From: an uncultured Planctomycetota bacterium
GTDB lineage: Bacteria > Planctomycetota > Planctomycetia > Isosphaerales > Isosphaeraceae
Length of the DNA: 64,000 nt
Assembly: GCA_963823665.1 (NCBI GenBank)
Contig: CAWGMQ010000010.1
Coordinates: 2,176,001-2,240,000 of the forward strand
Reading direction: 5' to 3'
Shown: piece after piece, positions 42,505 to 53,300 of the stretch
How the letters are laid out: each line of letters begins with the position of its first letter
Numbering within the stretch: position 1 is the first letter of the stretch
Program-made: the position numbers and the translations under genes
Notes under the pieces: model-generated
What the model was told of the DNA's origin: nothing
Database searches by the model: none
What the model saw: the letters and a program-made list of their open reading frames with translations, nothing else

Positions 42505-42537
42505 CCCTCTCCCTCTGGGAGAGGGCCGGGGTGAGGG
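42505..42537. repeat. Short palindromic (REP-like) element
   Basis: ccctctccc-tct-gggagaggg hairpin followed by ccggggtgaggg, between convergent genes. Confidence 0.7.
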
Positions 42538-42574
42538 GGCTCGCGCACACGAATGCACTTCGCAGACAGGCGGC

Positions 42575-43552
42575 TCACCCCACCGGCCCATTCTCCACAG
42601 TTGCTCTTGGCACGTCCGGAATATGGAGCTGTTGCCGCGCCGCAGCGACTCCAATCAACCCGCCCAGGTTCATCGAGTCGACCATGCTGCTGGGCACCAC
42701 CATGAGCGCACCTTTTTCCTTGAGCCCTTCGTAAAGGATGTTCATCGCCCGGAGCTGAAGCGCCGTCGGGTTCTTCACATACGATTCGGCGGCGTTCGAG
42801 AAGAGGTGGGCGATCTCCACTTCGGCCTGCCCGAGTATGATCCGCGCTTCTTTCTCGCGCGCGGCCTGCGCCTCGCGCGACATCGCGTCCTGAAGTGATT
42901 CGGGAATAATGACGTCGCGCATTTCCACCGAATGGACGGTGACGCCCCACGGAGTCGACCGCTCGTCGATCAGCTTCTGGAGCTGAGCCTCGATCTGTTC
43001 CCGACCGCGCAGCAGGGTCGTCAGCGGCGTCCGCCCGATGATATCTCGCAGGGCAGTCTGGGCGGCCCAGCTCACGGCCAGCTTGTAATCCTGCACCTCG
43101 AGAGCGGCCTTCTCGGGGTCGTATACCATCCAGAAAAGGACCGCGTCGACGTTCACGGGCACGGTGTCGCTCGTCAGTGTTTGCTCGGCAGCGAAGCTGG
43201 TCGTGATCGTGCGCTGATCGATCCACGACGAGACCTGATCGATTCCAGGAATGACCCAGAAGAACCCCGGCCCGCGGAGTCCAACATATCGCCCCAGCCG
43301 TAGCACAATGGCTCGCTCCCACTGCTGGGCCACCTTGGGTGCCAGCGACGCGATGATGCCGATTACCACGCCTGCGACGACAGCGACCGGAGCGTTCCTT
43401 ACAATTCCCACGCCCATTCCTACCCCGAAGCAGATCAGGAACAGCAGTGCCGAGATGACGTTCACGTGCGGCGGTGTCGCTTGCGCCTGCTTGGCCTTCC
43501 TCTCCTCGCTGGCGTTCTTCAAAGATTCCGATGCGGCCTTCACTTCAGCCAT
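42575..43552 (-). CDS. SPFH/band-7 (slipin, stomatin-like) protein
   Basis: QWERAIVLRLG, GPGFFWVIP, TSDTVPVNVDAV, AQTALRDIIG, WGVTVHSVE and REAQAAREKEARII. Confidence 0.93.
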   Translation of the reverse strand: MAEVKAASESLKNASEERKAKQAQATPPHVNVISALLFLICFGVGMGVGIVRNAPVAVVAGVVIGIIASLAPKVAQQWERAIVLRLGRYVGLRGPGFFWVIPGIDQVSSWIDQRTITTSFAAEQTLTSDTVPVNVDAVLFWMVYDPEKAALEVQDYKLAVSWAAQTALRDIIGRTPLTTLLRGREQIEAQLQKLIDERSTPWGVTVHSVEMRDVIIPESLQDAMSREAQAAREKEARIILGQAEVEIAHLFSNAAESYVKNPTALQLRAMNILYEGLKEKGALMVVPSSMVDSMNLGGLIGVAAARQQLHIPDVPRATVENGPVG

Positions 43553-43940
43553 GGAATTTCTCCCGTCTTCGTTGCCTTGATCGAGTGTTGATAACTTCAA
43601 TCGCTTGCTGCTGCGTGAACCCTAAAACCACGGATTTGTCGAGAAACTCATCCGCCAGCGCCGCAAGCTGCCGCTGGCGCTCGGAAAGCGAAAGCGCCTC
43701 GTTCTCGCCGTCCTGAATGAACGTGCCGACGCCTCGCTGAGTTTGCACGACCCCCGCCCGCTCCAGCTCGGCGTAAACCTTGGCCACCGTATTCGCGTTG
43801 ATTCGCAGATCGACCGCAAGCTGCCGCACCGTGGGCAACTGATCCCCCCGCCGCAGCTTCCCCGTCGCCACCGCCAGCCGTATCGCCCGGTCAAGCTGTG
43901 CGTAAATCGGCAACGGGTCGGAATGGTCGATCGCGAACAT
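43545..43940 (-). CDS. GntR family (YtrA-type) transcriptional regulator
   Basis: PIYAQL...GDQLPTVRQLAVDLRINANTVAKVYAELERAG...RGVGTFI, with a short C-terminus. Confidence 0.93.
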   Translation of the reverse strand: MFAIDHSDPLPIYAQLDRAIRLAVATGKLRRGDQLPTVRQLAVDLRINANTVAKVYAELERAGVVQTQRGVGTFIQDGENEALSLSERQRQLAALADEFLDKSVVLGFTQQQAIEVINTRSRQRRREKFHG

Positions 43941-43949
43941 GAGCCACCG

Positions 43950-43998
43950 TGTCCTATTGTTCTAGGAGAATAGTACAACTCGGATCGGGTCATGTCAA
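43950..43998 (-). promoter_or_regulatory. sigma70 promoter overlapped by a YtrA-like palindromic operator
   Basis: Minus strand TTGACA(43998-43993)-N17-TACTAT(43975-43970); inverted repeat ttgttcta-N6-tagtacaa at 43957-43978. Confidence 0.7.
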
Positions 43999-44029
43999 GG
44001 GGGAGATCCCCCGGCGGGCCAGCAGGCGT

Positions 44030-44270
44030 AGTCTGGCGGGTAGACTTCAGCGGCGACGGCAAACTGCTGGCCTCGTGCTCCAGCGACAAGACCATCTGCC
44101 TTTGGGAGGCCCGAACCCAGGAGCGGCTCGCGGTCATCCGGCTGGGGAGTGTTGTCTACGGCTTGGCGTTCAGCCCTAACGGCATGCGGCTGGCCGCCGC
44201 TTGCCGCGACAACACCGACCGCCTAGTCGACGTCGCCGGCCGTCAGGAAGTCGCCGAGCTGCGTGGCCAC
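44030..44270 (+). pseudogene. WD40-repeat gene fragment
   Basis: VWRVDFSGDGKLLASCSSDKTICLWE...LAFSPNG...ELRGH; about two repeats, truncated at both ends. Confidence 0.75.
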
Positions 44271-44686
44271 AATCAATCGTCTTGATCCGTCGTTTCCCAT
44301 CTGGTTTGTCTTCAACCATCAACGTGAGGCTCGCTTGATCGCCGGCCTTGCAGCGCTCGATATCTCCCGAGCGTCCGATCGAAATGACTGGGGCTCCTGG
44401 CCCGAACCAGTCCAATTTCGTGTCGATCCGATTAGCTTTCCAGAATGCTCTAAGCTCTACCTCATTGCGCACGGATACCTAGGTCTCGTCCAAGAGTCTT
44501 TATCACCGAGCCAAATACCGTGAATGTCGCGCCCGGCGGTGGAGTGCGTTGCTTCGCCTCGTTCGAGCCAGCCGATTTCTGCGACGCAGGCGAAACCGGA
44601 GCGGTGCCATCAGGATGAGCGAACTCTATTTCGAGTCCCAATACCTTAATGCCGCGTATCCGCATCCTGCGAAGCCACGAAAACAT
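44270..44686 (-). pseudogene. Possible broken hypothetical gene (two overlapping ORFs)
   Basis: GAGGA RBS and ATG at 44686; ORF 44462..44686 overlaps ORF 44176..44472; lower GC. Confidence 0.3.
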
Positions 44687-44809
44687 AATTCCTCGTCGTG
44701 CTGATTCCCATTTAGTCGCACCGTCCCTAATTATCGTCCATACGCGGTTCGGTCGCTAGACCCTGCCAAGTCAGTTGCGCATGCGCTTCCGATCGACTAT
44801 CCTTGTCGA

Positions 44810-45241
44810 ATGATTGAAAAACCACCCGCAAACCCAGCGCACCATGCCGAGGACTTCAGCCGCCGCTACGCCGACCGACTCGAAGAGTATTGCAGCATTC
44901 GCATGCAAGAGCTTGGCCTTCCTGACGACAAGATCGGCTCGGCACCACTTACCAGGCCGGGAATCTGGCGTGCGTTCGACCCAGAGGAAGGGACTGGCGG
45001 TACGATTGAGCGCGGGATCGTCGTCAATTCCGGCTGCCTGAATCCTGACTTGATGAAGGGGAAGAAGGGCAGTCGGATTTGAACGAAGGCTAAGTTGCGG
45101 GACCGCATCGACTCGATCATCGCTCACGAGTATGAGGAGGACCGCACAGGGTCACACGAGGCCGCAGTAAAGGAGTCCCCCAGGACGAATCTGCTGATTA
45201 CAGAAGGTGCGAGAAGGATCTGTCGGGCGATGGCGAGGTAG
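44810..45241 (+). pseudogene. Hypothetical protein with an HEYEE motif, interrupted by an in-frame TGA at 45080-45082
   Basis: Reading through the TGA gives TKAKLRDRIDSIIAHEYEEDRTGSHEAAV...RAMAR* (TAG at 45239-45241). Confidence 0.65.
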
Positions 45242-45308
45242 GCTGCGAGGCTGCACGCGCCGCCCGTCGGACATTCTTACTAGTTGTTCGAAGGTTTCGA
45301 TCATCGTA

Positions 45309-45755
45309 TCATCCCGCTTCCTTAGCGCAAGCCAGAAGTTCGAATCGAAGTTTATGACCCCAATACGTCCACCGATACATCGATTCATCGCCCTCGGCGA
45401 AGGAGTGGCCGAGCATGATGATCCTGGCCACCATCAGTTCCCGGAACGCCGGTCTATTCTGCAGTGTTACCTCAACTCGGCCAGCAATAATCTGCCTCAG
45501 CAACTCTCTGGCGGCGGGTGATAGGTTTCTCGCGTCCGGCGGCTCAAACCGTTCGCGTTCAATATGTTCCTCGGCCTCGGCTATGTATTCCTCACGCCGT
45601 GCCCAACCATCCTCCGTGAATTTGAAGTCTTCGCCGTCAGGCACCATGATGCCGGCAGCGACCAACTCGCGGTAGGCGTCCCGGCGAGGGTGCGTGATCG
45701 GCCAGTTATTTGCTCGGAAGCGAAGGACGAGTAGGGCACAGGCGGAGAGTTGCAT
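45309..45755 (-). CDS. Hypothetical protein with two related internal units
   Basis: GAGGA RBS and ATG at 45755; RRDAYRELVAAGIM...FKFTEDGW versus NRPAFRELMVARII...YRWTYWG. Confidence 0.65.
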   Translation of the reverse strand: MQLSACALLVLRFRANNWPITHPRRDAYRELVAAGIMVPDGEDFKFTEDGWARREEYIAEAEEHIERERFEPPDARNLSPAARELLRQIIAGRVEVTLQNRPAFRELMVARIIMLGHSFAEGDESMYRWTYWGHKLRFELLACAKEAG

Positions 45756-46080
45756 CGTGTCCTCGTTGGATGTGTACGGGGCCGCGCCGACCGAGACGAT
45801 CCCGAGTCGCGCGAGAACGTTTAAAGTGGGGTTGATAGCCATCCCGAGCAGCCTGTCGGCCGCTTTCAGCAGCGCGACCGCCTCGGGAGTCGTCAGCACG
45901 CGGAGGTCCCGATGAGTTCGTTGAGACTGAAGCGCTTGATTCCGAGGGGATGAACGAGGACGAGACTCGCCTGGAACGACCCGTAGCTCTGCAGAAGTAC
46001 GACATCACGATCAAGCCGAGAATCACATCACCCCTCCGAAACTCGCTCCGGCTGGATGCCTGATTCGCAACTCGACAGGT

Positions 46081-46809
46081 TCATGCCAACCGAGCCTTGC
46101 AACAGCGGACTCGGCGTACTCCGACGACAACCGAGAGCATCAGCATGCCGGTCAGGCCGGAGATAATCGAGGATGGCTCGGGAACGGAGGATCCGGCCGT
46201 GTTGATAATCACGTCGGAGATCGTGACCGTGGATGAACTGGATGGATCTGTGCCTCCGATAAGACGGAAGAAAACCTCTGCTGTCTGGCCATCCAGGTTC
46301 AGGGCGGAGAGGTCGACGGAGATCAGGGCAAGCGATCCCGGCGAGCTCGAGACGGTGACCCCGTTCCCGGCGAGTCCCTGCGTCACGCCATCCACCACAT
46401 CCCGGGTGTAGAAAGAGTCGGTGGTCGGATCGACCGTCGGCACGAGCGAGGCCAGCGTGTTCGGGTTCAGCAACGAGGCCCCGAACGCATCGGGCAGGTA
46501 GCCATTGGCGTTGTTGTCCGCGACGGTGGAGTCGGCGAAGACCGAATTGAGCGTGAATTGCAGGCTCTGGGCGCCGGTCGGGACGGTGAAATTCATGAAC
46601 AGATCCGTCTCCGCCGCGAAGGTGCTCTCGGCGATGGTCGCCAGGCCGCCACTGGCGGTCACCGTGCCGGAGTCACCGGCGGTGCTCCAGCCCGTCAACC
46701 CGTTTGGAAAGCCGAGGACCTGGCCGGCGCGGGCAGGGGAGCCGATCATGAGCAGAGCCAGGAAGGCGAGCAATGGGATGAGAAGTGGTCTGTCCTTGGG
46801 AGATCTCAT
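46081..46809 (-). CDS. PEP-CTERM sorting-domain protein
   Basis: Signal peptide ending ARA; C-terminal VPEPSS, TM helix and RRVRCCK. Confidence 0.92.
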   Translation of the reverse strand: MRSPKDRPLLIPLLAFLALLMIGSPARAGQVLGFPNGLTGWSTAGDSGTVTASGGLATIAESTFAAETDLFMNFTVPTGAQSLQFTLNSVFADSTVADNNANGYLPDAFGASLLNPNTLASLVPTVDPTTDSFYTRDVVDGVTQGLAGNGVTVSSSPGSLALISVDLSALNLDGQTAEVFFRLIGGTDPSSSSTVTISDVIINTAGSSVPEPSSIISGLTGMLMLSVVVGVRRVRCCKARLA

Positions 46810-47376
46810 GGTTCGACCCCTGTTCGAAATGATTCAAATTGCCGTGGTGTTGATCGGACGGACCGACTCAGGAATAACAACGGGACAAACCGCGCACAAC
46901 CCGCCTCGACTCGGAATAGGACGCGGTCTCACGCCCTCGTGAAACTTTGATTTCGTCGATGGAGAATAGCTGGTCGGGCATAACGGAGCAATGTGCTCGA
47001 TCGTCTTCCAGAGTGGTTCGTCCAATTTCGCGGCATTGAGGCCCCCGATCGTGGGTCGATTGTTGATTTTGGGAAACAATATGCTCGCTCTCTGACCTTT
47101 GTGGATGACAGAGCGGAAGTCGCTCCTTCGATGTTCGTCGTTTTGCTCGAGCTGTCGGCAGTGAGCGAAGCGCCCCAAGCTGTAATCGACCAGGTGTGGG
47201 ATTCTCGTTACGCTGCCAAGGTCCGGAACAGATCAAGCGGCGACGTGAATCGGAATTCCTCAGACGACGCAAGACACCAACTATGATCACGTCGTTAATG
47301 GACTGTCGGCCATCACGCGAAAGAGTCGCCACGCCGTTTGCCGATTTCTCTCGGTTTATACCAGTGCGTAACTCGA

Positions 47377-50300
47377 CTATTGGTCCGCGAAAGGGTCGTC
47401 GAGGTAGACGTAGAGCCCCGACCCATCTGGCTTTCTCGTCGCGGAGGGAGGAACCTCTGGGAAGAGCTCCATCGCTGCGTTGGCGGTGTATGTAAGGCCA
47501 CGATCGAATGCGGCCTTTGCGATATCGTATGTAACGCCGGCCGCTGCTTCGCCGAACTTCCCGCCGAAATGGTTCCCAGCGACGGCCAGGGTGCCGCCAA
47601 GACCGAGACCCACAACAGCTGCTCCGGGGAATCCGCCGCCAAGCGGCTCGAAGAATTCGCCTGCCGCAAACCCAGCGGGAACTCCGATTGCCAGGCCAAC
47701 CGTCCCACCGATTTCAGCTCCAACTGTTCCGAACACCTCCGACCCCAGCGTTTGGAACGCGGCCCTGACTGAATCATCTGGATTTTTTTCGAGAGAATCT
47801 TCAAACGTCAGTACACGACCCAGCCAACCGAGCGCTGGCGCCTCCGCGGTGCCAATCGCTTTATGGAGGAACTGCACCGAACTGTCGATCGCCCCCACGA
47901 CATCATCCGAAGTGACCGAAGAATTCGAGTCCCGCAGGCCGCTCGGGTCGATTCTAACAGTCGGCGAGTTTCCGGCGTACCGGTACAGATTGACGTCGCC
48001 AGCGGAGAGCCCTGATGGATCCTGACTGATAAACCGACCCACAGCAGGATCGTAGTACCGCGCCCTGTAGTAATCGAGCCCGGTCCCCGGGTCAGTCTCG
48101 CGGCCTGTGTACGTGAACCTCGGTTGGAGGCTCGGGTTGGTCTGGCTGATGATCTGCCCGAAGCTGCTGTAGACCAAGTGATCCTGGACCACGCCGTTGG
48201 AATCGACGACGTCTTTGATCGTGCCCTGGTAGTCGCCGAGGTCCCAGAAGATCTGCCCCATCGCGTTCTCGTCGGCAAGGACCTCGTCGACGGCTGGCCC
48301 GTAGAGGTAGCGATCGGTCTGGTTGCCGGAGCCGTCGAAAACCAGGTCGATCTGGCCTCGGTCGTAGACGAACCGCTCGACCACGGGCGGGGCCGGGCCC
48401 GATCCGTCCGAGTCGTACGACGTGCCGATGCGGTTGTCGAAGACGTCGTAGGTGTACTGCGACTCCTGGATCACTGTGCCGCTAGCGTCCTTGACGATCA
48501 CGGCAGTCAGCCGGTTGCGGTTGTCGTACTGGTAATCCGTGACCGTGCCCGTCGCGATGTCGGTTTGGCTGATCCGGTTCCCGTCCGCGTCGTAGGTGTA
48601 GTTGTAGGTGCCGTCGGAGAGCAACTCGTTGTCCGGGCCGGTCACGTAGCCGGAATTGGTCCGATTGCCGTTGGCGTCGTAGGAATAGCTCTCGTTGGGC
48701 TGGGAGGAATTCACGGCGCCCGTGAGCTGGCCGGTCGCATCATAGCTGTAGGTTGTCGTGCCGTCGTCGGAGACTTCCTGGGTGATCTGACCGGCGGGGT
48801 CCAGGGTCAATTGGTACTGTGCCAAGACGGTCCCCGCATGGTCATGGGTCAGAGAATCGAGGCGTCCGGCCTGGTCGTAGCCATAGGTCGAGCTGACGAC
48901 GGGGTCGGTGCCGTTCAGGTTGGCGTAGCGCTCGATGGTTGCAGTTTGCCCGTCCGCGTTGTACGTAAAATCAACCCGCTTGGCGGCAACACCTGCGCCG
49001 CTCTGCTGGATCGAAAGCATATCGTTCAGGCCGTCGTACTGGTAGGACGTCACGGCGCCTGGCTGCCCATTGATCGTCTCGCTGACCGAGGCGACGTTCC
49101 CGGCCGGGTCATAAGCGTAGGTCAGGATAACCCGCGGGACGCCAGGTGTTCCCCCGTTGTCGATCGAGATGGTGTTGCCGTCGGCGTCGTAGGTGTAGGT
49201 GTAAGCAGAGTAGTTGTCAGCAACGCTGGTCAGCTCACCGTCCGCGTCATAGTGATAATTAATCGTGTTGACCAGGTTCCCGCTTGCGTCGTACCACTTC
49301 TCCTGGGTCTCCCGATCGAGTGCGTCGTAGAAGAAATTGGTTACACGGCCATCGCCATCGGTCTGGGAGATCAAATTGCCTGCCGCATCGTACGAATAGG
49401 ACTCGGTCGCGTTCAACGCGTTGGTCTCGGTCAGCAACTCGTTGTCGGCGTCGTAGGTGTACGTCGTGGCATTGCCCGCCGGATCGACGACCTTCGTCAC
49501 GTTGCCATCGGCGTCATAGGCGGTCGTCGTGGTGTCGCCTAGCGGGTCGGTGACGGATATCTGGCGGTTATCGGCGTCGTAGGTGTAGGTCGTGGTGTGA
49601 CCGTCGGGGTCGGTCGTGCTGGTTACGTTGCCGTCGGCATCGTAGGTCGTCGTCGTGGTGTCACCTAGCGCGTCAGTCACCTGCGTTTGCCGGTTGTCGG
49701 CGTCGTAGGCGTATGTTGTGGTGATGCCAAGCGGGTCGGTGGTGCTCGCCACGTTTCCGGCGGTGTCATAGACCGTCGTCGTGATTCCACCCAGGGGATC
49801 GATCGTCTCGACCGGGCGATCGAGGGCGTCGTACGTGTAGGTCGTGGTATGCCCATCGGGATCCGTCGTGCTGGTCACGTTGCCGTCGGCATCGTAGGTC
49901 GTGGTCGTGACGTTACCGAGGGGATCGATCGTCTTGACCAGGCGATTGAGAGCGTCGTACACGTTGGTTGCCGTGCGGCCGAGGGGGTCCGTCGTGCTCG
50001 TCACGTTGCCGTCGGCATCGTAAACGGTGGTGGTGACCCCGCCCGTCGCGTCGGTGACCTTGATCAGCCGGTTATCGGCATCGTAGGCGTAGCTCGTGGT
50101 GTGGCCGAGGGCATCCGTCATGGTCAGCACATTGCCGGCCGCATCGTACGTGTAGCGCGTAACTTCACCGAGGGGGTCGGTCTCGGTCAATTCCCGCCCA
50201 TACTGATCGTAGGTGTAGGTCGTGGTGTTCCCGAGCTTATCGGTCTCGGATGCAATCTCGCCCAGGTTCGTGTAGGTGTAAGTCCACGTGGCGCCGGTGG

Positions 50301-53300
50301 GGTCGGTCATGGAAACCAGTTCACCCCACGGATTGTACTGATATCGAGTCGTGTTCCCGAGCGCATCCGTTTCGCTGATGGGCTCGTTGAAAACCAGCGC
50401 GGGGTTCGGATTGCTGGTATCGTAGGTGACACTCGCAGTGGTGCCCGTGAGGTCGTCTTCAATGGAAATGACGTTCCCGTCGTCGTCGTAGGTGTAGGAC
50501 GTCTGCTCGGAGGGCGTGGTATCCCCGCTGACGTCGTCCAGCGCATCCCGGTTGCTGGTGCTGACCTGCCCCAGCGCATTGGTCACGGTGACAATCTGGC
50601 CCCGCTCGTTCAGGGTGACGGCGGTGACGTTGCCGTTGGGATCGGTATAGCTTGCCGAGGTGAAGCCCGACGCAGCAGCCAGAACGGTTGTTTCCGGGTT
50701 GGCAGTCAGCGACGGCGGATATAGCCCCTGGGATTGCAGGTAATTGATCGTGTACGACGTGCCATCAGCCTGCACAACCTTCTGAATACGGCCGGCAAAG
50801 TCGCTGATGAGCGTTTGCTTATCACCGAGTGGGTCAACGATCGCCGACATGTGAACTCCGTCGGCGTACTGGTAGCTCGTCTTTGCTTCATCCGGGTCCG
50901 TGATCTGAACCAGATTCCCGCTCGCGTCATATTGCAGGAGTGTCTGACGGCCCGCCGGATCGGTGATGGCGGTGACGCGATTCCCGGTATAAGTGAAGGT
51001 CGTCGTCAGACCAACTGGGTCGACGATACTATCGATCTGGCCGGCACCGTTGTAATTGTAATGCGTCGTGTTGCCGACGGGGTCGGTGACCGTACTCAGC
51101 ACATAACGCGGCTGGCCGCTGTTGACATCGCCGGCTGGCAGGGCCATGGGAATGAAGGTGTAAACCGTCCCGTCGGTGAGCGTGCGGGAAAAGGTATTCG
51201 TGCCAGGATCATAGGCGAATCGGGAATTGTCGCCCGTCAGCCCGATGTAGGAAATCACCCCCGAGGAATTGGTTTGCTGCGTGACAACCGGCTGGAAGAG
51301 CTCGTCCGATCCGTCTCCATCCACCAGGAGAACCGTTCCATCGGGATTGACGTAGAGTTGCTCCAGTCCCGCGATTCCCCAGCCCTGGCCAAAGGGGCTG
51401 TCGGTGTTGTTGACCACGAGCAGCGTGCCCGTGGTCGTGCCGAGCGGTGTATCCGCCGGGTCGTTCGGGTCCATGAGCGCGGCATTGATGGTGAAGTCGT
51501 ACTCACCAGTGGGCTCGTTCTGGAGGTTGATCTGCATGCTGGCAGAAACCGCTGTGGCGCCGCTCGGAATTTGCCAGAAGTTGAGATTCTCCAGGTCAGG
51601 GTCCGGAGTCGTCGGCTGGTACCCCGGAACGGTGTATTCGAAGTCGCCGCGGCTGATGGAGATTTCGGCAGCGAGGTACGGCTCCGTGGTGGTGACGTCG
51701 GAGTAGCCGAAGGTCAGGATCGGTCGCGGGTCGGCAGTCAGGGAATTGTAGGTCAGTGTAATTCCTTGCTCGACGCCCAGCGAGGAATAGGTCGCAAGGG
51801 TCTGCGTCTCGGTGATCGCACCGGTATCGAGCGAGACGCCCTGGTACGTCGCCTCCGTGGTGTCTTCTAGTGTCACGCCGTCGCCGGTTCCCTGGTCGAC
51901 ACGATTTCGAACCGTTGGAGGCGGCCCCTGGCCGGCTTGTATGGCGATCCCCCACGGACTTCCGCCGAGGCCGATCGGGGATTGAGCCTGATCGTAAACC
52001 GTCAGGACGGGGAAGGGGCCGGTATTAGTGGGGTCAACCGCAATGGCTGCGAAGGTGTCGATCGCGGTGTTATATCCGACCTGTCCATTCACAAGGTCGT
52101 CGATGGCGTAGCGATCGAGCAAAGAGGGATCAGTGCTTCTGATTGCCGCCTCGATTGCATTGATGTTGTAGACGAAGAGAGCACCCTTTGTGGAATTCAC
52201 CACAGGGACGTTGGGGAAGCTGGCGTAGAGGTAATCGCCGTCGGGCGAGATGGCCAGGTCGGGCGGGTTGCCGTTGGGGATGGTGCGGGTCGCGGCAACC
52301 ATCGTCGGAGTGGGGCCGAGGGGATTCTCGATGATGCCGATCGTGCTCCCGCCCGGGTCGTCAGCGGGGTCCTCGGCGTTGTGACTGGGAATGTTCGGGT
52401 CCGGGAAGCTCCATCCCGCGACGAAGGCAAACTTTCCGTCAGGCGTGATGACGACCGACCGGACATTGCTCACGTCGAAGGGGCTGCCGGGAAGTCCCAG
52501 ATTGACGCTGACGAAGCTGGCGCTGGCTTGCAAGCTCGTCGCATTATGAATGACGCCAAAGCCATTATTGTCGTCAAGATAGTCGGTGAAGATCATGACG
52601 TTGGGATCGGACGTCGCGGCCACACCGAAGGGATACTGGTCGGCCGCGATCGAGTCTGTCTGCTGCCAGTAAGTCTTCGATGTATCGCTGCTGGTGTCGA
52701 TGACCTCGATATGTCCCACCGTGTTCGACTGAAGCCGCGTGTAGTAGGAAACATCGTTCGGCGAGGCGACGAAGAGCCGGCTGCCGTCGCTGTTGAGGGC
52801 TAGGCCCAGCAGGCCCTGGCCGTCATCGGAGACCCGGATTGTCTGAATCAGTTGGTCGAACTTTGATGAATTGGGATCGATGTTGACCACGTAGACAAGA
52901 CCGTAATTCGCGCCGTTCGACGTGTAGTTGTTCTGGTCGGAAATATACGCATACTCGTCGTCCGGATCGATGACGATCTGGAACGGCGACGCCCCACTCG
53001 GAAGCTGGATGTCCCCGGTGCTGCTACCGACATTGATCTGGTGAAGAGCGACGGTGTCGATCACCGCGATGGAATCACTTCCAGCAAGGATGACGTAAGC
53101 CCTGGTGTCGTCGTGGGTGAGCGCGAGGTAGGTCGGCCGCGATCCGCGCCGACGTTGATGGTCGTGACCAGGTTGCCGTAGTCTGGGTTCGGAATCTGCT
53201 GGCCGGGATTCTGGGAGTCGGGCACAGTGGCCTGGCCGTCGAGGATGGCGACGGAGCCAGCGGCATTCTGTGCGGTGAGGACGTAGGCGTCTCGCGTTTC

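Noticed and set aside
45080..45082. TGA as selenocysteine or an alternative genetic code
   Set aside because: No Cys/redox context, and many neighbouring genes end normally at TGA.
46868..47332. 154-aa minus-strand ORF as the RHS immunity gene
   Set aside because: Arg/Ser-rich, no clear RBS and no protein-like pattern; not excluded, but unsupported.
47280..47376. GGCAAAC motif suggesting a c-di-GMP-I riboswitch (a similar motif lies near 11828)
   Set aside because: The downstream GACGCAAAGC element and matching stems are absent.
49420..50230. Periodic repeats that might be a CRISPR array
   Set aside because: They are in-frame, degenerate YD coding repeats with no unique spacers and no cas genes.
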